Below, one piece after another: positions 25,340 to 37,190 of a stretch of DNA of 64,000 nucleotides; position 1 is the stretch's first letter; every line of letters begins with the position of its first letter. The stretch lies in assembly GCF_963921235.1 (NCBI RefSeq), contig NC_086097.1, forward strand, positions 86,430,001 to 86,494,000. The letters are read 5' to 3'. The notes under the pieces were generated by a model. It was not told the origin of the DNA and did no database searches. It was given only the letters and a program-made list of their open reading frames with translations. This stretch comes from Mobula hypostoma (taxonomy: Eukaryota). A program made the translations under genes and the position numbers.

Positions 25340-28300
25340 GCGTGATGTCGGGCAGTGAAGCGCGGAAGATTTAAAAGGACAGAAATCCTGCTTCGGGTTT
25401 AATTCAGAGAAGGAAGTCTGAAAATTGGAGCAGAAGTGCACAGGAAGCCATTTTTCAATTTTTCGTTTTTTTTTCCATCGGCGTTCAGAGAGGCAGGACT
25501 GCGCAGGCGTGTGACATCGGGCAGTGAAGCACGGAAGATTTAAAAGGAACACAGCCTCATATAGCGGGCAGCGTAGTTTGCGGGTGGCGGAGTGAGCCGG
25601 GAGCAGAGTGAAGGCTTAAGGGCTTCGGCTCAACGGGCTTAGGCGGAAACGGGCGAGGCGAGGAAGGTTTGGTATTCATTTTTTGTTGTTATTTGAGGAG
25701 AGGGGCAGTATGAGTGTGAAGGCAGCTTGTTGTTCTCGGTGCTGGATGTGGGAGGCCCTGGAGTCTCCAAGCCTCCCAGACCTCCACATCTGCACCAGGT
25801 GCGCCGAGATGCCGCTCCTAAGGGACCGCGTTAGGGAACTGGAGCTGCAGCTCGATGACCTTCGTCTGGTCAAGGAGAGTGAGGAAGTGATAGAGAGGAG
25901 TTACAGGCAGGTGGTCACACCGGGGCCACAGGAGGCAGACAAGTGGGTCACGGTTAGGAGGGGGAAGGGGAAGAGTCAGGTAATAGAGAGTACCCTGGTG
26001 GTTGTGCCCCTTGACAATAGGTACTCCTGTTTGAGTACTGTTTTGGGGGGACAGCTTACCCAGGGGAAGTAACAGTGGCCGTGCCTCCAGCACAGAGTCC
26101 GGCCCTGTAGCTCAGAAGGGTAGGGAAAGGAAGAGGAGGGCAGTTGTAATAGGGGACTCGATAGTAAGGGGGTCAGATAGGCGATTCTGTGGACACAGTC
26201 CAGAGACCCGGATGGTAGTTTGCCTCCCTGGTGCCAGGGTCTGGGATATTTCTGATCGCGTCCAAGATATCCTGAAGTGGGAGGGTGAGGAGCCAGAGGT
26301 CGTGGTACATATAGGTACCGATGACATAGGTAGGAAAAGGGAAGAGGCCCTGAAAGGAAAATATAGGGAGTTAGGAAGGGAGTTGAGAAAAAGGACCGCA
26401 AGGGTAGTAATCTCGGGATTACTGCCTGTGCCAAGCAACAGTGAGAGTAGGAATGCAATGAGGTGGAGGATAAATGCGTGGCTGAGGGATTGGTGCAGGG
26501 GGCAGGGATTCAAGTTTTTGGATCATTGGGACCTCTTTTGGTGCAGGTGTGACCTGTACAAAAAGGACGGGTTACAGTTGAATCCTAGGGGGACCAATAT
26601 CCTGGCAGGGAGATTTGCGAGGGCTACTGAGGTGACTTTAAACAAGAATGGTTGGGGGGTGGGAATCAAATTAAAGAGGCTAGGTGTGAGGAGGTTAGTT
26701 CACAACAGAGGGATGGGAACCAGTGCAGAGAGACAGTGGGGTGTAAAGTGAGGGTAGAAGCAAAAAGTACAAAGGAGAAAAGTAAAAGTGGCAGGCCGAC
26801 AAATCCAGGGCAAGCATTAAAAAGGGCCACTTTTCAACATAATTGTATAAGGGCTAAGAGTGTTGTAAAAGGGCTAAGAGTGTTGTAAAAGCGAGCCTGA
26901 AGGCATTGTTTGTCAATGCAAGGAGCATTCATAACAAGGTGGATGAATTAAAAGTGCAGCTTGTTATTAATGCATATGATATAGTTGGGATCACAGAGAC
27001 ATGGCTCCAGGGTGACCAAGGATGGGAGCTCAACATTCAGGGATATTCAATATTCAGGAGGGATAGACATGAAAGAAAAGGAGGTCGGGTAGCATTGCTG
27101 GTTAGAGAGGAGTCTAACGCAATAGAAATGAAGGACATTAGCCAGGAGGATGTGGAATCGAGATGGGTAGAGCTGCATAACACTAAGGGGCAGAAAACGC
27201 TGGTAGGAACTGTGTACAGGCCACCTAACAGTAGTAGTGAGGTTGGGGATGGTATTAAACAGGAAATTAGAAATGCGTGCAATAAAGGAACAGCAGTTAT
27301 AATGTGTGACTTCAATCTACATATAGATTGGGTGAACCAAATTGGTAAGGGTGCTGAGGAAGAGGATTTCTTGGAATGTATGCGGGATGGTTTTTTGAAC
27401 CAACATGTCGAGGAACCAACTACAGGGCAGGCTATTCTGGACTTGGTATTGAGCAATGAGGAAGGGTTAATTAGCAATCTTGTCGTGAGAGGTCCCTTGG
27501 GTAAGAGTGACCATAATATGGTGGAATTCTTCATTAAGATGGAGAGTGACATAGTTAATTCAGAAACAAAGGTTCTGAACTTAAAGAAGCGTAATTTTGA
27601 AGGTATGAGACGTGAATTAGCTAAGATAGACTGGCAAATGACACTTAAAGGGTTGACGGTGGATATGCAATGGCAAGCATTTAAAGATCATATGGATGAA
27701 CTACAACAATTGTTCATTCCAGTTTGGCAAAAGAATAAATCAGGGAAGGTAGTGCACCTGTGGCTGACAAGGGAAATTAGGGATAGTATCAATTCCAAAG
27801 AAGAAGCATACAAATTAGCCAGAGAAAGTGGCTCACCTGAGGACTGGGAGAAATTCAGAGTCCAGCAGAGGAGGGCAAAGGGCTTAATTAGGAAAGGGAA
27901 AAAAGATTATGAGAGAAAACTGGCAGGGAACATAAAACTGACTGTAAAAGCTTTTATAGATATGTGAAAAGAAAAAGATTGGTTAAGACAATTGTAGGTC
28001 CCCTACAGACAGAAACAGGTGAATTGATTATGGGGAGCAAGGACATGGCAGACCAATTGAATAACTACTTTGGTTCTGTCTTCACTAAGGAGGACATAAA
28101 CAATCTTCCAGAAATAGTAGGGGACAGAGGGTAGAGTGAGATGGAGGAACTGAGGGAAATACATGTTAGTAGGGAAGTGGTGTTAGGTAAATTGAAGGGA
28201 TTAAAGGCAGATAAATCCCCAGGGCCAGATGGTCTGCATCCCAGAGTGCTTAAGGGAGTAGCCCAAGAAATAGTGGATGCACTAGTGATAATTTTTCAAA

Positions 28301-29796
28301 ATTCTTTAGATTCTGGACTAGTTCCTGAGGATTGGAGGGTGGCTAATGTAACCCCACTTTTTAAAAAAGGAGGGAGAGAGAAACTGGGGAATTATAGACC
28401 GGTTAGCCTAACATCGGTGGTGGGGAAAATGCTAGAGTCAGTTATCAAAGATGTGATAACAGCACATTTGGAAAGCAGAGAAATCATCGGACAAAGTCAG
28501 CATGGATTTGTGAAAGGAAAATCATGTCTGACGAATCTCATAGAATTTTTTGAGGATGTAACTAGTAGAGTGGATAGGGGAGAACCAGTAGATGTGGTAT
28601 ATTTGGATTTTCAAAAGGCTTTTGACAAGGTCTCGCACAGGAGATTAGTGTGCAAACTTAAAGCACATGGTATTGGGGTAAGGTATTGATGTGGATAGAG
28701 AATTGGTTGGCAGACAGGAAGCAAAGAGTGGGAATAAACGGGACCTTTTCAGAATGGCAGGCAGTGACTAGTGGGGTACCGCAAGGCTCAGTGCTGGGAC
28801 TCCAGTTGTTTACAATATATATTAATGACTTAGATGAGGGAATTAAATGCAGCATCTCCAAGTTTGCGGATGACACGAAGCTGGGCGGCAGTGTTAGCTG
28901 TGAGGAGGATGCTACGAGGATGCAGGGTGACTTGGATAGGTTAGGTGAGTGGGCAAATTCATGGCAGATGCAATTTAATGTGGATAAGTGTGAAGTTATC
29001 CACTTTGGTGGCAAAAACAGGAAAACAGAGTATTATTTGAATGGTGGCTGATTCGGAAAAGGGGAGGTGCAACGAGACTTGTGTGTCATTATACACCAGT
29101 CATTGAAAGTGGACATGCGGGTACAGCAGTCAGTGAAAAAGGCGAATGGCATGCTGGCATTCATAGCAAAAGGATTCGAGTACAGGAGCAGGGAGGTACT
29201 ACTGCAGTTGTACAAGGCCTTGGTGAGACCACACCTGGAGTATTGTGTGCAGTTCTGGTCCCCTAATCTGAGGAAAGACATTCTTGCCATACAGGGAGTA
29301 CAAAGAAGGTTCACCAGATTGATTCCTGGGATGGCAGGACTTTCATACGATGAAAGACTGGATCGACTAGGCTTATATTCGTTGGAATTTAGAAGATTGA
29401 GGGGGGATCTTATTGAAACGTATAAAATCCAAAGAGGATTGGACAGGCTAGTTGCAGGAAGATTGTTCCCGATGTTGGGGAAGTACAGAACGAGGGGTCA
29501 CCGTTTGAGGATAAAGGGGAAGCCTTTTAGGACCGAGATGAGAAAAAACTTCTTCACATAGAGAGTGGTGAATCTGTGGAATTCTCTGCCACAGGAAACA
29601 GTTGAGGCCAGTTCATTGGCTATATTTAAGAGGGAGTTAGATATGGCCTTTGTGGCTAAAGGGATCAGGGGGTATGGAGGAAAGGCTGGTACAGGGTTCT
29701 GAGTTGGATGATCAGCCGTGATCATACTGAATGGTGGTGCAGGTTCGAAGGGCCGAATGGTCTACTCCTGCACCTATTTTCTATGTTTTCCTATGT
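25340..29796 (+). mobile_element. Full-length CR1 LINE (~4.46 kb): ORF1 (zinc finger/leucine zipper and SGNH esterase) and ORF2 (APE and RT), with several stops and frameshifts
   Basis: ORF1 from ATG 25710 with CxxC..CxxC, VIGDSIVRG and HIGTDD. APE 26906..27967. RT GVPQGSVLG and FADD. (ctatgttt)-type tail. 4-bp TSD aagc at 25336-25339 and 29797-29800. Confidence 0.95.
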
Positions 29797-29913
29797 AAGC
29801 CAAGACCCTTCAGCAGGACTACTAAAAGGTCTCGGACAGAAATGCCAACTGTACACCTTTCCATAGCTGCTGCCTAGCCTGCCGAGTTCCTCCAGTATTT
29901 TGTGTGTGTTGCA
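29797..29913. mobile_element. Right part of the palindromic Penelope-derived mini-element
   Basis: Ends cctccagtattttgtgtgtgttgc, the inverted complement of 25260-25285. Confidence 0.75.
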
Positions 29914-30864
29914 TAAAACCCATAGTTGCAGGATGTATAGTCAGCCTTAGATTCTGCATAATATCCAAGTTTCATTAGGAAACCCAGCACACTCAAACTG
30001 GATTATATTGTTATAGCTAAATATCAATCATTTTTAAAAACAATAGTCTGCATGGATAACAGAATGAAATAATAAACTACCATATGCAGTAATAGCTTAG
30101 TAAAGGAATTGTCGTGTGTCAGGGATACGGAGCTTTGTCCCAATACGTCTCTCAGCGCGAAACAATAGAGAAGAACATCAAAACCTTCTCAATATCCTGC
30201 CCAGACTCAATGGGTAGTCTGGTTCTAGACTCAAGTCCTGGTTACCACTGAGCTGCTCAATCACAATTTGATTCCATGGAAATATGTTTGAGTTGACATT
30301 ATTTGTAATGCATTGAGGAACAGGTGGTTCAGAAAATTAGTTAGGTTTTCCTTCCCAACTGACAGCCTGTTAAAAGAGGGACTGTTTTCTGTTAGGTAGC
30401 CATGAGGTGTTCATTGTTGAAAAGTAACCCAAACAACAACTTGCAGCATCTGTAAATGCAAAACTTAAAAAGGAAATTGGAGATTTGTTATATGGATTAC
30501 CTTGTTCTTCCACAAGTTTTGCACAATCAGTATCATATTGATAAAAGTGACATTCATATCCTTGTGGTACTTAATTACTAACCACTCCAGAGAAAAATAG
30601 GGCTTGCTCTCTCATTTGTGGTTAATGGAGTGGTAGTTCTTGATTTTTGTTAAGAACCATCTTAAGTCTGAAAGTTACAAGTGTGGAGCCTCACTCCTTC
30701 AGCTTTTCATTATCACTGGATGCCTCAACATATTTTAAAAAATATTTTCTTTGTGTCGCTGCTCTCTCTTAATTGTATCCTCTAAATATCAGTTTGACTT
30801 CATCCTCTATTTTACAATTGGTACATAATTTTATATTGATTTAAATACAGTATTCTAAACTAGG

Positions 30865-31330
30865 TAAAGGAAGACAAGAAAATGGGAGCAAGCCTGTCAA
30901 ACCTGCCCCACCATTTAATATGATCAAGGCTGATCTATGCTCACTTGAACTTCTCTTCTGTAGCTCATCTCCATATCCTTATTTTTTTCCTCATCCTATT
31001 AAGTATTTAGCTGACTTTCACTTCAAATATTTCTAATGGTTCACTTTCCACCACCTACTGAGAATTTCAGAAATTCATCATCCTCCAGGGGAAGAAATTT
31101 CTATGTTCATGATTAAATGACCTAACTCTAATCTTGTCATTATATACCCTCATTCAAAACTTTCCCACTAGTGAAATATCCCTACGTCTACCCTGGTAAG
31201 CCCCATTATGATCTGACGTTGGAATAAGGTCACTCCTCGTGCCTTTAAACTCCAAGGCAGACAGAACAAAACTATTCAGTCTTTATTCGTGGACAACATT
31301 CTCATTCTAGGAATTAGTCTGGTGATTCAG
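30865..31330 (-). mobile_element. Old CR1 3' fragment
   Basis: Similar to the other CR1 tails (gaagaaatttc, ttaaactcc). Confidence 0.55.
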
Positions 31331-31639
31331 TCTGCTTGTTTTTATACGATGTGTAGATTGTCACTCAAAGTTCATTTTCTCTCTTATGAGCTCTTTAGTC
31401 TTCTGCGGCTGGATCCTAAAAACTTCTCAGTAACCAAGTCCACCACCAGCTCTTGCCACTTTGGATACCCTGTCTTTATCCATATATTGATGCCCTTTAT
31501 TGTCCATATGTTGTTTATTTATACTCTTTGGGGATACTTCACTTCAGGCCTTTTTTACCTGCCCTACTCGCACATCTCTCAGATTCTCTCAGGTGGGCGC
31601 AGCTTTAGCTTTGGGACGTCAGGACGGGCAGGTATTCTT

Positions 31640-32095
31640 GAAGCATCTTGGCAGCTCCAACAATGCTCAAGAAGTTTGAGACAATCTAGCCCAAACCAGT
31701 CCTCGAATAGCACTCCACCGGCCATCCTAAACGTTCATTCCATCTATCACTGGCGAGGCGACTGCGGTGTTCAAAACGCACTTCAATTATTCACCTGAGC
31801 TACTCTGACAATATCTCTTAACCACAGTCCCCACTACCACAAAGAACAAGGGCAGAAGAGACATAAGAACACCACTAACTGAAGGTCACCTTCCAGAGCA
31901 CACCTTACATGAACTTGGGAATATATTAACAATCCTACATCACTGGGTCAAAATCCTAGAACTGTCTCCTTTGCAGCACTGTAGAAGTAGCTTCACTGGG
32001 GGAATTGCAGTGCGTCGAGGCAGGGCGAGGCTGGGGGGGGGCATGGTCACCACCCCATTCTCAGGGGCATTTCAGAATGAACAATAAACACTGGC
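31640..32095 (+). mobile_element. Old L2/CR1-like LINE 3' end
   Basis: gcagctccaacaatgctcaagaagttt...acatcactgggtcaaaatcctagaac...caccccattctcaggggc...aataaa. Confidence 0.5.
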
Positions 32096-32960
32096 TTGTA
32101 ACACCCATATCTGAAAACATTTAACAAATAAAGCCAGGTCTACTTAACACAAATCCCAATGTAAAGCACTGAAAATCCACAACTCGTTTACCACAGATCA
32201 TGCAATCAGCTGTCAAGGTTTCAGATATAATACCTCTGCTCATGTGGAGCTCACAAGTGAAAACTGGCCAATTTAGTCAGAGACTGAATTACTGGTAGCA
32301 GTCTGGAAACCACTATGCCATCGAAGGAGGGGAACATGAGAAATGGGCAATTTCTTACTTGCAAACGTCTCTCACAGTAACTACTTCAACAAGAAAAACA
32401 AAGTTCAATACTTACTCTGCATTAGTACGGTGTAATATAGTACTATGGTACTAATTATTACTATATAGGGTTAGAGTGTCTAAGACTTTAGTACAGTACT
32501 TTAGTCATGTTATGTATTACGCTGTCCTGCTGCAAAAAAAAAAAATTTCATAACATATGTGAATGATGATAAACCTGATTCTGATATGGGTCTCTATTGT
32601 GGACTGAAGGAGTCAGGGAGAGGGAAATCATGGCTGGGAAAGGGGGAAGGGAGAGGGGAGGGAGCAGGAAGCACCAGAGACACATTCTGTAATGATCAAT
32701 AAATCAATTGTTTGGAATCAAATGACCTTGCCTCAGGGCTAGATGCATCATACTTGCATCACCCCCACCTCGGCAGCCCTTTGCCACCTGTCCCACAGCC
32801 CTCCCACTGCACTCCACCCTCGTCATTCCCAACATCCTTTGCCCTTGCCAGATTTAGAAACTCCCTCTTAGCTCCAGGTTGACAAAACACCCAGTTATAT
32901 ATATGTGCCTAAACCTTCTGCACAGTACCATATGTATAAAACATTGTGCATTACCCATAC

Positions 32961-33070
32961 CTATTTCACTGAGGCTAGTGAACTCCGGAACCATAGTAGC
33001 AGTCCGATTTTTCCCCAGACTAGGAGCACTGGGTGACCATTCTTTGCCTCCATTGACCACATGTTTAAGG
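32961..33070 (-). CDS. MAP3K9: MAP3K9 exon (SLKHVVNGGKEWSPSAPSLGKNRTATMVPEFTSLSEI), 110 bp
   Basis: WSxSAPxL motif of MLKs. Acceptor tcaaag, donor ATAG|gtatgg. Phase 2 in and phase 1 out fit both neighbouring exons. Confidence 0.88.
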
Positions 33071-33739
33071 CTTTGATTGGGAAAGAAGGGAAAACAGAGT
33101 AAATGTCAGCATAATCTACGATCAGTAGAATATTTTAAATGTAGTTCGAAGTACATCTGTTATCAAAGTGCGTATACATTATACAAACTTGAGATTTGTC
33201 TCCACAGGCAGCCACAAAATAAAGACACCCAAAAAAATTTTTTTAAAGGCCGTCAAACACTTAATAGAGGTCTTAAAGTTGCAGAGGCAATTAGCCCTCC
33301 TTTCCTTGGCATTGTTATCAAATTAGTCAACTTTTGGTAGTCATATGCTAATCTTGTTGAATAGTTCATTAATACTAGGCCTGCTTTGTCAATATTAGGT
33401 CAGGCTGCTCGATAACAAACCACCTTGGAGATGTCCTCTTTTCTTTGGCTCCACTTGGCATTTGTATAGTAGTGTAGCCAAGACCAGCAACAAAGAGTCA
33501 AGGATACCAGCCTGAAGTTATTGCATCCTGATGCCTCCTGAGCAAAGACAAACTAAATCCAGTTCATCATTGCAATCAAATGTTGGTTATCATTATAGAA
33601 AATTATCAGCAAGAGTCACTGCTATCGTAATCCACTCCAGTTCGCTTCTTTAAATAAGCTGTCCAATGCCCAGCACCATATAAAATCATCTGACATATCA
33701 CTTTCAATCTGATGCTTATTTCTATTCATACTCTTTCTC

Positions 33740-34210
33740 AGCTAGGGAGAAAATGATGGGCCCCATTATTTAATAAGTGATATACTTGGACAGGAAGCAG
33801 TTTGAAGAAGGTACAGTGGACTGACTCCTGGTCTAAAGGAAATGAACTATGAGGCCAGATTGAATGGGTTGAGGTGATCTTATAGAAACATGCAAGACGA
33901 GGGAGCTTGACAGAGTAGATTTTGAAAGAATTTTCCTCACATGAAGGATCCTGGATCTAGGGAATATGCATTTGGAATAAGGGGCATCCAGTAGGCATTA
34001 TTTAACATGTGAACCTATGAATTTTATACCCAGAGGAGATGTGGAATCAAAGCCATTGAATATACTTGAGGCTGATGCAGAGGAAATTTTGAACCAGAGG
34101 GGTGTAATAGGATGCGGGGAGCAAGTAGAAAGCTGAGACTGAAGACAAGCAAAACAAAATCAGATCAGCCCTGGAAGGATGTATAATCTGCTTTCATTTG
34201 TTATGTTCTC
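33740..34210 (+). mobile_element. Old CR1 3' fragment
   Basis: gaggtgatcttatagaaacatg (RGDLIET-like) and a CR1 tail. Confidence 0.55.
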
Positions 34211-34799
34211 ATTGATGCCAATCTAAAATGTGAACATTTGCTGAGTAAACTGATCAACACAAAAGGTGACTGCCAAACGCCACAACAATCATTCCAGAAA
34301 CAAATTACCTGAAGTACAAGCACAAATTCAGTTAAATCCAAAGTACATCTCCACACAATTTTATAAAAGAATTTCTAAATCATTGCTCATAAGAACTTCA
34401 ACTTATCTCTTGGCATTATTGATCATCTTGGCCAGATTTCCTATCAGCTAATCTCGTTAATTCTTTGCACAAGTCTCCCATTTGGATAGTTAACCATTTG
34501 TTTAATTTTCCTCCAGGAACTTTATTAATCCCTTGGAACACATTTCAACACCAATGCTTATAGGCAACACTCTTACCTATGATGGTTTCTAGCTTGCCTA
34601 TTATTGGATCTTCCCACTCACACCAAATTCTAGACCATTTCCCCAAGCAGAACCTCAAGCTATTGATGGTTGATTTAGAGAAACAGCGGCTGATATGTGA
34701 TTATTTCGAATACTTGGATGGAGACAGAAATGATAGGATTTGACAATGGTCCATCGCCCAATGAATGAACCTCTTACCCTAGTCAATATATTGCAAGTT

Positions 34800-35075
34800 C
34801 AAAGGGTTGGGTTGGAACAACAACCTGAGCTGCCTCTCCAAGGTAGTACTGCGGGAGTGCTGACCTGTCAAAAGTCCATTCTGCACACGCAATAGATCTG
34901 TCAACACGAATCTGACAAAGAGTGTTGGTATCCTAGTCAATATGTATCCTTCAATAAAAAGCATTATTGAGCTTTAACTATCTGACTGCTTGTAGGAGTA
35001 GGCAGTGCACAAATTAAAAGCATTTTGTCCTTGTCAAATTTTGTGGAACATGCTATATAAATGCAAATCCTGTTT
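34800..35075 (+). mobile_element. DeuSINE-like element, diverged
   Basis: gtagtactgcgggagtgctg..., gcagtgcacaaatt and tgctatataaatgcaa tail. Confidence 0.45.
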
Positions 35076-35859
35076 CCTAGAAGAGAACAGATGTCTTTCA
35101 AGGAATAAAAAAGGGTTTCAGCATTAGAACGTTTAACATATAAAATCAAATACATACTATAAGCTCCAAACCTGGGGTTCCCATACTAGGGTCCACGTAC
35201 CTCTCAGTTAATGGTAGGGACACATGGCAAAAAAATCATTGGGAGCCCTTGCTTTAAACTAAGAACTTCCAGTCATGTTCTAGATTTATAGAGAAGGAGT
35301 ACTTAAAGTTAGAGGTGAGTCTCAATCACTAAATCATTTTTATTTTTGATTGCCTTTTTCATCAATTTACTTAGTTACATTCTGTACCTACACATAAGTC
35401 AATTTGCACATGAATTCATAAGCATACTTCAGTATCTCAATTATATCTCCAGTTTTCTGCAAAACATGCAATCACATATAACAAGCCTACACTGTCCAAC
35501 ACACTCAATTCTTAAAAGATGGTAATTTTCATTTTACATAGCCATTTTCTAACTCAAATCACTGCTTTTGACTCAGACCTTTGAATACTTGGCATTAAAA
35601 ATATCTGTAGCAATTCTGTCCAAGACGAGGCAGTACCCATTTCATATAGTATCTGTGGGGGTGCTTGGTGGGATTAGCATGGGGTTTCTGATCAAAGGTT
35701 ACACTACTTTTCTTGTCAAATCATTTTGTACCATCTGTTCTTGGCATGGAATCAAGCAAAGTAAAATCTCCATATTGGTGAACATTCATGGTAATTATTA
35801 ACACTCTAGCCTTTTAGCAGTTTTTTATAACCATTTTTTATAAAAATAAGTTTCGATGT

Positions 35860-36240
35860 GGCTTATCACAATCTCTGGATATCCCAAAGCACTTTACAAC
35901 CAATGAAGTACCTTTCAGGTGTAATTACAGTTATCATAGAGGAAACGCAGTGGCCAACTTGAGCACTGCAAGTCCTCAAAAACTGTGAAAGGACAAAGTA
36001 ATATATGTTAGTTATATTGACCGTGGGATTAATATAAACCACAGCACCAACGAATTCAACTACAGAACAGATGGGGTCTGCTTAGCATCTTATCAAAATG
36101 ATAATAACTCCAACAGTGTAATGCTGGAGTATCAGCTAGTTTTCTGTGCTCTCATCTCAAGTACACACCAAACTCTCAAGATTCTTGGTGTTCAGTGACT
36201 GTGTTTCCAGAGACGAGTCAATGCACTGAGTCACAGCTCA
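35860..36240 (-). mobile_element. DeuSINE-like element (SacSINE1/AmnSINE type)
   Basis: Reverse strand cttgcagtgctcaagttggccactgcgtttcct...ttcattggttgtaaagtgctttgggatatcc resembles the Deu-domain 3' part as recalled. Confidence 0.6.
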
Positions 36241-36879
36241 TGGTGTGCCAAATTATGTAATTTTAGATTCCAATTAATTATCCTGAAAAATCACAGAACA
36301 GCCTCAAAACTTAATTCATCTCACCCAGAAGGAGAAAAATTAATTTCCTCTGAAAACAAAAATGATGGATATGATTTTTACCATTTTCTTACTACAAATC
36401 CATGCAGCAAAAGCATTTCACCTTCAACTAAATGGAGATGACTTGGAAATATTTTAGTCCACTCAGAAAAAAAGGCATTCCTTATGATTTTGTATGGTGA
36501 GTGAAGAGAAATGAAAATTGATTTAAGATCTTTTTGCACTAAGATGAAAAGTCTGTGTTTATTTATAGGGGCTGTGGAAAATAAAGAAAAGCTATAATGT
36601 ACATACATTATTAGAATAATCAACAACACGGTATGTGTCATATGCACCTATTTTCTACCCTCACCCATTCAAAATTAAATTGCAAGTAATATTGAACCAG
36701 TCATGATAAAATCTCACCGCCTGCTCTGTGGCTTGCAAAAAACTATAACTAATATTTGCTTTCATATTTTTCCATATACTTCAATAGATTATGCTTCTTA
36801 AGAGTTGTATATTAGGAAAAGGCAATTATGATAGTCTTTATATTTTACACAACTCTGTTTTGTAAAATAAGTATTTACA

Positions 36880-37149
36880 TACAACATAGAACAGAAACAG
36901 GCCCTTCAGCCCACAATGTTGTATCAAAACAATTAAGTTAGCAATCAATGGCTAAATAAACTAATTTCTGCCCACAAACTGTCCATAATCTTCCATGTTT
37001 TTCACATTCATGTGTGTATCTAAACATCTTCTTAAAGTCTATAATGTTTCTGCTTCTCCCAGGCAGTGCATTCCAGACACCCACCTCTCAGTGCGTAAAT
37101 CTATGACCCTCACAACTCCTTTAAAATTACCCCCTCTCAGCTTATATAA

Positions 37150-37190
<41 letters not shown>

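Noticed and set aside
26212..26751. Host SGNH esterase gene
   Set aside because: It is the esterase domain of CR1 ORF1, a known feature of this clade.
26849..26888. 20-bp tandem duplication in the CR1 inter-ORF region
   Set aside because: Ordinary slippage; no sign of function.
31289..31798. 169-aa hydrophobic ORF
   Set aside because: It spans CR1 and L2-like repeat remnants, has no recognisable domain and starts at a non-ATG codon.
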